A stretch of DNA of 64,000 nt from Candidatus Omnitrophota bacterium (GTDB lineage Bacteria; Omnitrophota; Gorgyraeia; Zapsychrales; Fredricksoniimonadaceae). Positions 41,136 to 50,897 of this stretch are shown here, piece by piece. Where the stretch lies: NCBI GenBank assembly GCA_028865345.1, contig JAGWKL010000001.1, positions 63,296 to 127,295 on the forward strand. Reading direction: 5' to 3'. The notes under the pieces are model-generated. The model had not been told where the DNA came from and did not search any database. It saw nothing but the letters and a program-made list of their open reading frames with translations. The position numbers were made by a program, and so were the translations under genes. The stretch's first letter is position 1. The number at the start of each line of letters is the position of its first letter.

Positions 41136-42001
41136 AACTGCCCGTAGCTCGACAGCGAGATGCCGTATTGCTTGAACACTCCCCGGGCCCCCAAACAGCG
41201 CAATACCTCCATCTCCCGTTGTCTCGCGGCATTAATATAATATTTCTGCCGGTTAAGCACAGGGTCTTGCCATTCCTCATCGATATAGCCGGGATGGCAC
41301 ATCAATTCCGTGGTCCCCTTTTTTAAACCGGACAATACCCTTATGCAGCCTTCCAGCGTCATACGTCCTGTGACGGACGCCCCGTAAAAATAGTCCGGGG
41401 ACTTGACATGATAGGTCTCCAGCATCCGCCGGTTGATCATGGAGCAACAGGACAACAACAGCGCCGTGTAGGATTGCTTTTTAAATACCCTCCCCAGGCC
41501 GGCTCTTTGCCCCAGATAAGGAATTTCATTGATGCTGCGTATTTTTAAAATGCCGTATTCCCCGGCGATTGTCAAGAGGACTTTAAACAAAGGACTGAGG
41601 ATGTGGACATGCTTTTCACTGTCTAAATGCGTGATCCGGACCCCCCGGGAGAGGGCCTTTTCAATTTGGGCCCTGCATTCAACGGCAAATTCCTCCAAAC
41701 ACCTTTTGCCCGTATAACACAGCGCGGCCAGACGGTTGACATTCCCGTGGAAAAATCCCCCCTCGCAAAGGCTGCCGACGCCTTCGACGGGAGAAACAGG
41801 CCTGCCCCGCAGCACATTGATGTGAAGACCGACCCCCAAACCCGGATTGTCCCTGATTGATCTGACGGCGTCCTCAAAACCGGGCATATTCACCATCAAT
41901 GACGCGCTGGTCAATACGCCGCTGTTAAACAACTCTATTATTCCCTTATTAATGCCGCGGCTGAGGCCGAAATCGTCGGCATTGATAATGAGCTTCTTCA
42001 T
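41132..42001 (-). CDS. YdjC/ChbG/HpnK family carbohydrate deacetylase
   Basis: MKKLIINADDFG, SASLMVN, VGLH, THLDSEKHVH, ELMCHPG; start moved to ATG 42001. Confidence 0.92.
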   Translation of the reverse strand: MKKLIINADDFGLSRGINKGIIELFNSGVLTSASLMVNMPGFEDAVRSIRDNPGLGVGLHINVLRGRPVSPVEGVGSLCEGGFFHGNVNRLAALCYTGKRCLEEFAVECRAQIEKALSRGVRITHLDSEKHVHILSPLFKVLLTIAGEYGILKIRSINEIPYLGQRAGLGRVFKKQSYTALLLSCCSMINRRMLETYHVKSPDYFYGASVTGRMTLEGCIRVLSGLKKGTTELMCHPGYIDEEWQDPVLNRQKYYINAARQREMEVLRCLGARGVFKQYGISLSSYGQL

Positions 42002-42723
42002 AAACGGCTTTTTACTTTTCGGCGGCCATAGGTTGTTATCAACATACGCCGCATGACGGCAGGGACCTGGATCTCGCTTTTGAAGGTCCGGTGCGGGATG
42101 CCCCGTGCAATGGCCAATGCACGCAAAAGTTTCTTGTCTTTCTTCAAGGCCGCGGGCACCTCCTGCGCCAATGCCAGCATGGCTTCTGATAAGAACGGGA
42201 AAATAAATTTGCACCCGTGAACCTCGGCCACGCGCAAATGAAGGGCCTTTTGCCGCCTGGCGTCCTGTAGGCGCTCCTTAAGCCTTTGCGGCCTTACTTG
42301 CAAAGCCTCATTACCAAACCACTGATCAGAACCCATGCCTGAAATCAACACGTTCCCCGCAGTCTTGGGATCGTATTTCTTGAGGGCCGCATACACGACC
42401 CCCAGGTCCAGGTCCGCCATAGGCTGCTCCGTCAAAGCGGCAAGCCCCCCAAAAGCGGACAAGAATTCCGCAGGTTTCACATGAAGGATGCAATGTTTGA
42501 TCCCTGCCTGCCGGGCGGACTCAGCGGCCCCGGCAACGGTGAGAGGGTTAAAATCGTCAAATTGCACCGTCACCGCCGTCACTTGGGCGCCGCAGCGCCG
42601 GGCCATCAACGCCATCAGCATGGAATCGAACCCGCCGCTGAACATGATCGCCCGGCGGGTGCCGGCCATCTTTCCCATGGCCGACTCCAGTGTCCGCTCC
42701 ACCAAAAAAGGAAGATCCCTCAT
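41998..42723 (-). CDS. Asparagine-synthase-like ATP pyrophosphatase lacking a glutaminase domain
   Basis: FSGGFDS PP-loop, SGMGSDQWFG, PFL, KKLLR; only 241 aa. Confidence 0.8.
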   Translation of the reverse strand: MRDLPFLVERTLESAMGKMAGTRRAIMFSGGFDSMLMALMARRCGAQVTAVTVQFDDFNPLTVAGAAESARQAGIKHCILHVKPAEFLSAFGGLAALTEQPMADLDLGVVYAALKKYDPKTAGNVLISGMGSDQWFGNEALQVRPQRLKERLQDARRQKALHLRVAEVHGCKFIFPFLSEAMLALAQEVPAALKKDKKLLRALAIARGIPHRTFKSEIQVPAVMRRMLITTYGRRKVKSRL

Positions 42724-43697
42724 GCCTTCACGGCCCTGTTGTATATTTCCATTTTCTCGCCGACCATCTTATTGCGGGCCGTCCAGCGGCAATTAATGCA
42801 CTCATGATAGTTTCTAAAGGGGGCTTCCCCCTTTAGGGCCGAATTACGCGTACGCGTATACAGTTCCGATTGCCAGATGTCTTTGAATGATGACTTAAAC
42901 ACATTGCCCATCGATGAGCGGTGCGTAAAAATACAAATATTCACATCGCCATTAAGGCGTATCGCGCTGAAAAACCATCCGGTATAACACGCAGGCCATT
43001 CTCCTTCCAACTCGGTTTTCTCCACCTGGTCGGGCAATATCATATGACGGTTATGGTCGCTGGGCTGAAATCCTTTGATCTGGACCTTGTCCGCTCCGAG
43101 CTTGCGGACCAGGGCCTGCGTCCTTGGCAAACTGGCTTCATTTAAACGGTTTAAAACGAAAACCACTTCAATGCAAAAATTCGGGTTGAATTGCGGCCTG
43201 AGCCTGGCCAGTTCCCTTATATTTCTTATGACCTTCATAAAAAGGTCTTTGCCCACCAAGGCGCGGTAACTTTCCCGGTCCGCTTCCCCCAGATTGATCA
43301 CAATGCGGTCTGCCCGCAAAATATCGCGGCAGCGTTCGATGGGGAACGTTGCGTTCGAATACACAGTGACCGAAAAGGACCGTTCAAGATGGCATAAAAG
43401 GTCATAAAAGCGGGGATGGAATATCGGGTCCCCCACGCCGGAAAGGTGGATCTTGTCAACCTGGAGATCGGCGCAGTCCTGCACCAATCTCTCGATCAAA
43501 TCATACGGGAGATGGTTCTTGCCCGAAGGGCGGATGGCGCTGCCCGGGCCGTAATACCAGCAATACTGGCATTCGAGATTGCACAGGTCCGTCAACTGTA
43601 ACTGGACGGTGGCGGGGCCGATCAGGGCGCAGCCGGATTCAATGCTTTTAAGGCGCAGGAACAATCTTCTCTGTCGCTCACGCAGGTCCAGGATCAT
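42720..43697 (-). CDS. Radical SAM/SPASM-twitch protein
   Basis: CNLECQYC, GDPIFHP, CYTGW...C..GNV...CINC. Confidence 0.92.
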   Translation of the reverse strand: MILDLRERQRRLFLRLKSIESGCALIGPATVQLQLTDLCNLECQYCWYYGPGSAIRPSGKNHLPYDLIERLVQDCADLQVDKIHLSGVGDPIFHPRFYDLLCHLERSFSVTVYSNATFPIERCRDILRADRIVINLGEADRESYRALVGKDLFMKVIRNIRELARLRPQFNPNFCIEVVFVLNRLNEASLPRTQALVRKLGADKVQIKGFQPSDHNRHMILPDQVEKTELEGEWPACYTGWFFSAIRLNGDVNICIFTHRSSMGNVFKSSFKDIWQSELYTRTRNSALKGEAPFRNYHECINCRWTARNKMVGEKMEIYNRAVKA

Positions 43698-44839
43698 ACG
43701 CCCCCGGCCGCCGCACGGCGGACTTTCTCATCCAGCATTTTATTGATCGGCACATAACTGCAGTACCTGCATTCCTTCCATTTGGATGAGCAGGTATGTA
43801 TGCCCCGGGCCGCTTCCTTAAGCGTATCGTGCAGAAAATCATTATCGAACCAGATGTCTTTGAACCGCCGTTCGTTGACATTGCCCGCCACACAGACCCC
43901 GACGTTGTCACAGGGCGCCACCACCCGCCCTTTCTCGTCGATATTGGCATAGAACCATCCCACATGGCAATGGATGCTGCCGCCGGTCGTATCATAAAAC
44001 AACAGGCGGTCATTGTGCATCGGCGAACGCGACAGGGAATCGACGTTTCTCAATACCTGCCCGCTTTGAAGAATGTGGTGCAGGTGTTTAAGGTCGTGCC
44101 TGAAGCCGTACGGGGTCCGCAGAGCTTCGTCGACGGTATGGAATAAAGACGCCAGTCCCTCCTGGGAAAAAACCAGGTCCTTCATCTCCTGGGTCGCCTT
44201 AAAAAAACGGACGACGACCTTGTCTATCCGGCGCTGATGGGCCATGTTCAAAAAGGCGCCCAATTCCTGATAATTGTGGTCATAGACGACGAATGACAGC
44301 ACGATCTGGGGTTTGCCGCGTTTGGAGCGCATGGCCAAAAGCAAGTCCAGGTTATGCAGCACGCGTTCCATGGAGGTGTGCTTGCCATGGACGCGTTTGA
44401 ACGATTCTTCGGTCATGGCGGAAAAATTCACGGTCAGCTGGTCGGCAAAACACAGGCCCGGCAGATGGTCCGCCGCAAAGCCCAGATGGCTGTAGGCGAT
44501 AAGCCGCATGCCCAGCTCTTTGACCTTGCAGAAAGCCCTCTCCCAATACGGATAAAGCGTGACTTCTCCGCCCTCAAAATTGATCTCGTCGACGCCGATC
44601 TCCCGGCAGTCTTCCAGCACCCCTTCGAGCACCTCATAATCCAGCAATTTCCTTTGCGGCTGGTCTTTGACCAGAGGAGAAAAATACCAGCAGAACTCGC
44701 ATTTGTAGTTGCAGGAATTGATGATGTGGATGTTGACGGACTTGGGGCCGATCAACGGCTTGCCGAGGATGGAACTCCTGATGCGCAAGGCGTCCCTGAC
44801 CCCGGTATCTGTGATGCTTGACATGCGGCTCTCAGCCAT
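43694..44839 (-). CDS. Radical SAM/SPASM-twitch protein
   Basis: CNYKCEFC, GGE, CHVGW...PC..GNV...CRYC. Confidence 0.92.
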   Translation of the reverse strand: MAESRMSSITDTGVRDALRIRSSILGKPLIGPKSVNIHIINSCNYKCEFCWYFSPLVKDQPQRKLLDYEVLEGVLEDCREIGVDEINFEGGEVTLYPYWERAFCKVKELGMRLIAYSHLGFAADHLPGLCFADQLTVNFSAMTEESFKRVHGKHTSMERVLHNLDLLLAMRSKRGKPQIVLSFVVYDHNYQELGAFLNMAHQRRIDKVVVRFFKATQEMKDLVFSQEGLASLFHTVDEALRTPYGFRHDLKHLHHILQSGQVLRNVDSLSRSPMHNDRLLFYDTTGGSIHCHVGWFYANIDEKGRVVAPCDNVGVCVAGNVNERRFKDIWFDNDFLHDTLKEAARGIHTCSSKWKECRYCSYVPINKMLDEKVRRAAAGGV

Positions 44840-45563
44840 GCCCCTGCCTCTTTTTGGATCCTGATAAAATTTCAGAAAACAACATGACCCTCCAGCCTTT
44901 CTTTGCTTTTAATGCCGCGACATAATCCAAAAAACGTATCAATTCCCTGCGCCGCAGCGCTCCCCTGAAGTCCTCATGGTGCGTCAATACGCCGGACAAT
45001 GCCTGGCGGTCGACCTGCCTGGTCAGGCCGGCCAACACCTGCGCGGCCCGGCAAATGCTCTTGCGGCCCTGATCGTAGCGGGTGAAGGAAATCAAGGCCG
45101 GTATTTCGATCCATGCCCTTCTCCTCCCCGGCCGCCTGCTCCCGGCCGAAAAGATCTTGAAGCCCTCCCCGGAAAGCGCTTGCAACGTACGTTCATCATA
45201 CCCGTGATACGGCGGCACGAAAGCCGGCGTAAAAAGATCGCCGAAGGCCCGCCGCATGCTTTCCAGGCCCCGCCTGATGTCTTCCCGCTGATTTTTTAAA
45301 GAACGCCCGGGCCCGAATTCAAATTTCGTGCCGGCATCGACGCTGTGATTGTCATGCGCCCATCCGTGCTGGACAATGTCCAGCATGAAGGGTGTTTTCT
45401 CCTTGGCGCGGCGCAAAAATCCCACCAGCCCCCGGTCCATCCTGCCCGGGATGACCGCATGCACGACCGGAATGCCCCTATCCATGGCTGAATCAAAAAA
45501 GTAACGGAATTCGTCATCCAGCCTCCACACATCATCATTACGAATAAAAAGCCGTGCACTCAT
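44832..45563 (-). CDS. Polysaccharide deacetylase-like (CE4/DUF2334-like) protein
   Basis: RNDDV, AVIP, QHGWAH, EF, AFVPPY, LTHH; start moved to MSARL. Confidence 0.8.
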   Translation of the reverse strand: MSARLFIRNDDVWRLDDEFRYFFDSAMDRGIPVVHAVIPGRMDRGLVGFLRRAKEKTPFMLDIVQHGWAHDNHSVDAGTKFEFGPGRSLKNQREDIRRGLESMRRAFGDLFTPAFVPPYHGYDERTLQALSGEGFKIFSAGSRRPGRRRAWIEIPALISFTRYDQGRKSICRAAQVLAGLTRQVDRQALSGVLTHHEDFRGALRRRELIRFLDYVAALKAKKGWRVMLFSEILSGSKKRQGHG

Positions 45564-45596
45564 TATATAATCAAGTATACTATTTTCTACCAAACA
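45564..45596. promoter_or_regulatory. Compact bidirectional promoter region
   Basis: 33-bp divergent gap containing the palindrome AGTATACT (45574-45581), which gives TATACT on both strands, plus TATAAT at 45566-45571. Confidence 0.45.
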
Positions 45597-46787
45597 ATGC
45601 GCGTCTTATTCCACTACACCCACAAGCAAACCCTCGGGCACACCACCCGCAGCATCTCTTTTGTAACAGCGCTTTGCCGCCTTAAAGCCGATGTCCTCGT
45701 ATTGCAAGGGGGCCTTGTGCAGCCTTTTGTCCGTTTCCCCTCCGGCTGCCGGGTCATGGATATCCCTTTTCCTTTTGACGCACGCACCAGTTTTCAGGCC
45801 CACGCTGTCCCTGTATCCGCAAGCCGACGCGCTCAATTTATCCTCAAAGCGGCCGCTGAATTCTGCCCTGATGTTTTCATCACCGAATTTTTCCCTTTCG
45901 GCAGATCGTCCTATTTGCCGGAACTGCTGCCTCTGTTGCGCTACCTGCGTAAAAAAGGTACCCGTATCATGGCCAGCATCGGATATCCTTTGATCATCGA
46001 CCTGGATCGTTTCAGCGACCCGAAATTCGCCGCCCTGCAAAAAGCCGTATTTGCTTTCTACGACAACTTTCTCATCCATACGCCGCAAGAGCTTGAAACC
46101 CCGTATATCCAAAAAACCATCCCCTCCGAGCCCCTGGCCCGTTCCTATGCCGCACTGATGAAGGACCTGAAGGCCCGGATCGACTATACCGGCTATATCT
46201 TCCCGGAAAAAATCATCACCGGCGATTCCTTGCGGCCGAATTCCACCGCCCCTTCCATCGTCGTCAGCCGCGGGGGCGGCGCCGTGTATCCGAAACTCAT
46301 GACCACCGCCATCGAAGCCCAGCGTCTCCTCGGGGGCGTCCATACGGTGATCGCCTGCGGTCCGGCCACGACCGCGGCGGAAAAAGCCTTGTTCACCTCC
46401 TGCCTCGATCCCCAGGACAACGGCCGGGTGGTCCTTTCGGACCTTCTGGCGGACCTTGACGACCATCTGCGCACGGCAAGGGTTTCGGTGAGCCTGTGCG
46501 GCTACAATACCTGCGTCCAATTGATGCGTTACGGGACGCCCTCGGTGATCGTCCCCTATCACAACACACTTGCCTCCAACCCGACCAATGACCAGATGGC
46601 CCGCTCCCGGTTGCTTGCCGAACGCTTCTCTGGTATCATCCTTGATTACGATACGATGACGCCGCAAAGTTTGTCCGACGCTATCAAAGAACAAATGTCC
46701 AAACCCCGCCCTGCGCCCGCCCCCCGGGACTGGTTCAACGGGGCTGAAACGGCAGCGCGTCTTGTGCTTGAAGGTAGGGCAAATTAA
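45597..46787 (+). CDS. Predicted GT-B glycosyltransferase (GT28-C-like)
   Basis: LGHTTR, ITEFFPFGR, YTGY, VSRGGG, CGYNT, DQMARS. Confidence 0.8.
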   Translation: MRVLFHYTHKQTLGHTTRSISFVTALCRLKADVLVLQGGLVQPFVRFPSGCRVMDIPFPFDARTSFQAHAVPVSASRRAQFILKAAAEFCPDVFITEFFPFGRSSYLPELLPLLRYLRKKGTRIMASIGYPLIIDLDRFSDPKFAALQKAVFAFYDNFLIHTPQELETPYIQKTIPSEPLARSYAALMKDLKARIDYTGYIFPEKIITGDSLRPNSTAPSIVVSRGGGAVYPKLMTTAIEAQRLLGGVHTVIACGPATTAAEKALFTSCLDPQDNGRVVLSDLLADLDDHLRTARVSVSLCGYNTCVQLMRYGTPSVIVPYHNTLASNPTNDQMARSRLLAERFSGIILDYDTMTPQSLSDAIKEQMSKPRPAPAPRDWFNGAETAARLVLEGRAN

Positions 46788-47751
46788 ATTTCTTCAAAAA
46801 CCCATGATAGGCAAAGCACCCGGGGCAATGGCCCTGGGCCGCATCTTCCGCATGCCGTTGACGGACCAGATCCAGTTCCTGCGGCAATTGTCCCTGATCT
46901 CCCAGTTTCCCGGCAGGCTCCATGTAGAGGCAAGGAAAAACATTCCGGCGCGAATTAATGAAAAGGGATTTGGCCGGGGTTTCGCAGGCGCGGATGCATT
47001 TGCGGCCGCCGGCCAAAAGCACCATCATGGCCTTGACCAGGCGGTTGTCAACCCCCGCGTAATTGTCCTTTAACATGGCCTCCACCTGTCCGCGGACATC
47101 TTCAACCATGGCAGGCGTCAGGGAGGCCAGTTGGCCTGCCTGCGGCATCTCGTGGCGGTGATAGTAATCATCGACGCCGGATTCCATGATCTTGGGTGAA
47201 AACCGCGCTTTAAAGCGCCGCGCCATACGGTAAACATCGCCTAACTCGGCGTAATTCAGGCGGTTGATGGTGAATTTAAATTCCAGGATGATGTCCTTGC
47301 CGAAATGGGCGGCCAGCCACTCGATGGTTTTTAAGGATTTCCCAAAAGCCCCCGGCCCCCGCAGGCGGTCATGCACCTCTTGTCTTCCGTCGATGCTGAT
47401 CCCCATGTGCATCCCGCTCAAATCCTTGCCGTAGGCGGTCATCACGCGGCGTACGCCTTCGAAATACGCCGCGTTGCTGTAAACGCCGAAGCCCGAAATC
47501 TGGCCGCGTTGGCGGAAGAACGACATCGCTTTCAATACGCGCCCGCAATTCCTGTTGAGAAAGGGTTCTCCTCCGGTGATGGACACAAAATAAACCTCAT
47601 AACGCGCAAGCAATTGGCGCATCATGCGCACGACCAATGACGAGGACATCTCATGGCGGTCTTTTTCCGCCCATATCCCGCAGTGCTGGCAATGGAGCTG
47701 GCAGTGATTGGTGATTTCGATGGTTATATCGTTAAGCAGAGGTTTTTTCAT
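46735..47751 (-). CDS. Radical SAM protein with twitch-like C-terminus
   Basis: EITNHCQLHCQHC, TGGEPFL, SIDG..HDRLRG, CETP..FPC..CPGC. Confidence 0.92.
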   Translation of the reverse strand: MKKPLLNDITIEITNHCQLHCQHCGIWAEKDRHEMSSSLVVRMMRQLLARYEVYFVSITGGEPFLNRNCGRVLKAMSFFRQRGQISGFGVYSNAAYFEGVRRVMTAYGKDLSGMHMGISIDGRQEVHDRLRGPGAFGKSLKTIEWLAAHFGKDIILEFKFTINRLNYAELGDVYRMARRFKARFSPKIMESGVDDYYHRHEMPQAGQLASLTPAMVEDVRGQVEAMLKDNYAGVDNRLVKAMMVLLAGGRKCIRACETPAKSLFINSRRNVFPCLYMEPAGKLGDQGQLPQELDLVRQRHAEDAAQGHCPGCFAYHGFLKKFNLPYLQAQDALPFQPR

Positions 47752-48850
47752 GTTCTACAAAAGACCTGCTGGTTTCAATGACCTGCCGGGCCTTGTCCTC
47801 GCTCATGAATGAATACAAAGGAAGATGCAGGGCCGAGGCCGCATACCACGCGCTGACCGGAAAGCCCTCCTGCTGATTTCCCTTAAATACCGCCATGCGA
47901 TGCAGCGGTATGTACGCCCGCTGGGCCATGATGCCCCGGCTTTCCAGGAAATTAAAAAACTCGTCCCTGCAATCGCAGCACACCACGAAATTCTGCGCCA
48001 CGCTTTGGGTTTGCGGGGCGTCTTTGAAGATCGTCAGTCCCTCGATTGTGCCGATCTGCCGCTCATATAAGGCCTTGATCTTATGGCGGGAGGCAATGAT
48101 CTCTTTCAGGCGGGAAAATTTGACCCTCAGGGCCACCAGGTCCATCAGGGACATAGGCGCAAACCGCTGCCCCAGCTTGACAAGCTCACCGGTGTCACGC
48201 CAGTCTTCCATCCAGCGCCGGATGCGGTTGAGTTTGGAGGCGTCAGCCGTGATCATGCCCCCTCCGCCGCCGCAGGACGAGAGGGGTTTGTAGTAAGAAA
48301 AGGAGAATACGGCCATATCACCGAAGGAACCCAGCATGCGGCCTTTGTACCTGGAGCTTTCCGCCTGGCACACGTCTTCGATAAAAACGATGTTCTTCTC
48401 CCGGCAAAATTTTCCGATCCGCTCTACGTCGCACGGCCGGCCGAACATATGGGCGGCAATGACCGCCCTGGTCTTCTTGGTCACGGCCGCTTCCACGAGA
48501 CCCGGGTCCAACTGAAGGTCTTCGGCGCGCGCATCCACGGCCACCGGTGTGGCCCCGCAATAACAAACGGCCAGCGCCACGGCCTGGTAGGTCAAATCAG
48601 GGACAATCACCTCGTCGCCGGGCCCCACCCCGCAGGCCAGCAGGGCCATTTTCAAGGCATCGCTCCCGGAGTTGACGGCCAGCGCATGCTTGACCCCGAT
48701 ATACCGCGCAAATTCATTTTCAAAATCTTGCACCATGGGCTTGATATCATTCAGCCCGCTCATGGCTTTAAGGGCACGGTCCATTTCAGCCGCATACTCG
48801 CGGCTCAAGGCCTGCTCCACCAAAAGACTTTCATATCTTACGGCTGCCAT
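47732..48850 (-). CDS. DegT/DnrJ/EryC1/StrS family PLP aminotransferase
   Basis: VNSGSDAL, GPGDEVI, IEDVCQA, FSFSYYKPL..GGGGM, LHLPLY. Confidence 0.92.
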   Translation of the reverse strand: MAAVRYESLLVEQALSREYAAEMDRALKAMSGLNDIKPMVQDFENEFARYIGVKHALAVNSGSDALKMALLACGVGPGDEVIVPDLTYQAVALAVCYCGATPVAVDARAEDLQLDPGLVEAAVTKKTRAVIAAHMFGRPCDVERIGKFCREKNIVFIEDVCQAESSRYKGRMLGSFGDMAVFSFSYYKPLSSCGGGGGMITADASKLNRIRRWMEDWRDTGELVKLGQRFAPMSLMDLVALRVKFSRLKEIIASRHKIKALYERQIGTIEGLTIFKDAPQTQSVAQNFVVCCDCRDEFFNFLESRGIMAQRAYIPLHRMAVFKGNQQEGFPVSAWYAASALHLPLYSFMSEDKARQVIETSRSFVEHEKTSA

Positions 48851-49857
48851 GCAGTTGCCCCCATGATCTTATGATCAATGGCCTCGATTTGTTCGCACAG
48901 ATCGATATAAGCCCGCACCCTCTCTTCATAGCGGCGGCCCGGCGGGGTCTTGACCGCCTGCAGGGCATTGAAATTGCTGATGCTGCGGTAACTGCAGTTG
49001 GGATGGCCGGCCAGATGCTCTTGCAGCGCCTTAAAATAAGGCCCGGCCTGCGCCAGGGGCTCTCCCGACGGCCCTTGGCTGAAATCCATCAGATAAAGGC
49101 ACTCGCGCACCTCCTCGGGAAAGGACAAAAGCAGCCAATTGGCCAGCACCTTGCCGCTGGGCACGGACAGCAGGTCCCAGGCCCCGCGGGAAGGCTCGCT
49201 GTATCCGCGGCCGATCAAACCATGCCTGCCCTCTTTCAACTCCCAGGCGCAGGCCCGGCGGTATTGGTCTAAAAAAACGCCGGCCGCTGCTTTGTCCCAG
49301 ACTTCCAGAAAAGCCGGGTGCACTTCAATGGATTTCAGGCCCATGGCCGCCAAATATTTTAAGTTATCAAACAATTTGGCCGCGCCTGAAGGGTGCACCA
49401 CCATGGTGGTGGTATACGGCCCCTGGGAACGCAGGACCAGATTGACGCCCCGCACGATGTCCGCGTAATAATAAGGGCCTATCCCCGGCCGGTTGCGCTG
49501 GGTGGTGGTTTCATCTCCGTCGATACCGACCTCCAGATTGACCCCGTGGGTCAGGAAAAATTCCATCAGCTCCTCATTGAGCAGGGTGGCATTGGTCTGG
49601 ACGGACATATACCGGTTCAGGCCCTGGCCGGAGATCTCCGCAATCATTTCTTTAAGCCGTGCGGCATCCATCAAAGGCTCTCCCCCGGAGAAAACAAATT
49701 CCATCGGGGCCATCGGACGGACGAACTTAAGGATATTCTCGAATGTTTTTAAAGCGATGACCTGGCTTTGGGTCCGGTATTTATAGAAGCAATACCCGCA
49801 CCCCAGATTGCAGCGGTCGGTGAAGAAGAGCCAAACATGGTTGATCTTTTTGATCAT
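48838..49857 (-). CDS. Radical SAM protein (no SPASM cysteines)
   Basis: TDRCNLGCGYC, FSGGEPL, QTNATLL, GIDG; start moved to MIKKI. Confidence 0.92.
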   Translation of the reverse strand: MIKKINHVWLFFTDRCNLGCGYCFYKYRTQSQVIALKTFENILKFVRPMAPMEFVFSGGEPLMDAARLKEMIAEISGQGLNRYMSVQTNATLLNEELMEFFLTHGVNLEVGIDGDETTTQRNRPGIGPYYYADIVRGVNLVLRSQGPYTTTMVVHPSGAAKLFDNLKYLAAMGLKSIEVHPAFLEVWDKAAAGVFLDQYRRACAWELKEGRHGLIGRGYSEPSRGAWDLLSVPSGKVLANWLLLSFPEEVRECLYLMDFSQGPSGEPLAQAGPYFKALQEHLAGHPNCSYRSISNFNALQAVKTPPGRRYEERVRAYIDLCEQIEAIDHKIMGATAWQP

Positions 49858-50897
49858 GTTCCGTATTTTTTGACCCCCAGGGTCAGGTGGGTCCTTGTCA
49901 AGAACCGCAGGATATCGTTGATGGCCCATGTGTTCATATATTGAGTGCCCATCATGGAGTTCATCAGTTCAAAATTATGGCAGACAAATTCGCGGTAAGG
50001 CAGTTTGGCGTGCTCCCGGTGCACTTTCTCGTGTGCCGTCCGGTAAAAGGCCAGCACCTCAGGCCTGAAACGGCCGACGTCATCCCAGATATTGAATTCC
50101 ATCCGTTTGTTTTCCGGAAGGCAAAGAAAAGGGTCTCCCCCCAAAAGATATCCCGGCGGATGCAGGCTTAAGTCCATGTACCCGGGAGCGATCCATTCAT
50201 TGTCCTCATTGGCATACATGGTCCTGCGCAGTTCGGGCCTGCGCGCCAATTTCAGATAATTTGTTTTAAAAAGCGCCACGGTTTCCGGCGTCCAGGGCAT
50301 GAACGCCGCCGGAGTGACATCCACATGGGGGATGCCCATTTCCCTGAGAAAATCCAGGCCCTGTTCCATGTGATCGACTTCTTGAGGGTGCACCGTCATC
50401 GTCGAACCGCAGCCGATGCCGGCCTGAACACAGGCACGGATGGTTTCCGTCAATTTCTTGAAGGACGCCGGTTTTAAGCCGCAGCGGTGGCGCAGGGTGG
50501 CCTCGGAAGCCCCGTCGATGCCGAACTCCAGGGTGACGCCCAGCCGGCGCAGTTCAATGATCGAATCGCGGTCTATCAACAGTCCGTTGGTCTGGATATG
50601 CAGGGAGGTGTCCTTGAAGCGCCCGTGGGCCTCATTCAAGATCCTAAAAAGGTTCTCCTTGGCCAAAAACGCCTCCCCGCCGGAAAAAATCAATGTGGAC
50701 GGGGCGCCTGTTTCCTTTTCGAACAACAGAAAAAGTTTTTCCACGGCGTCCAATGATATTTCCCGGCCGTGCATGTGCCGAAAGAAGCAATAATCGCAAT
50801 GCAGGTTGCAGCGTTCGGTCACATAGATCCAGGTGTAATGGACCTTGAATTTACTGTGCTTTTGTTCTGGCGTCGATAAAGTACCTGATTTTTCCAT
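49854..50897 (-). CDS. Radical SAM protein (no SPASM cysteines)
   Basis: TERCNLHCDYC, FSGGEAF, QTNGLL, GIDG. Confidence 0.92.
   Translation of the reverse strand: MEKSGTLSTPEQKHSKFKVHYTWIYVTERCNLHCDYCFFRHMHGREISLDAVEKLFLLFEKETGAPSTLIFSGGEAFLAKENLFRILNEAHGRFKDTSLHIQTNGLLIDRDSIIELRRLGVTLEFGIDGASEATLRHRCGLKPASFKKLTETIRACVQAGIGCGSTMTVHPQEVDHMEQGLDFLREMGIPHVDVTPAAFMPWTPETVALFKTNYLKLARRPELRRTMYANEDNEWIAPGYMDLSLHPPGYLLGGDPFLCLPENKRMEFNIWDDVGRFRPEVLAFYRTAHEKVHREHAKLPYREFVCHNFELMNSMMGTQYMNTWAINDILRFLTRTHLTLGVKKYGT

Noticed and set aside
42002-42214. N-terminal extension of the YdjC ORF
   Set aside because: It overlaps the Asn-synthase-like gene, and the family start MKKLIINADD is at 42001.
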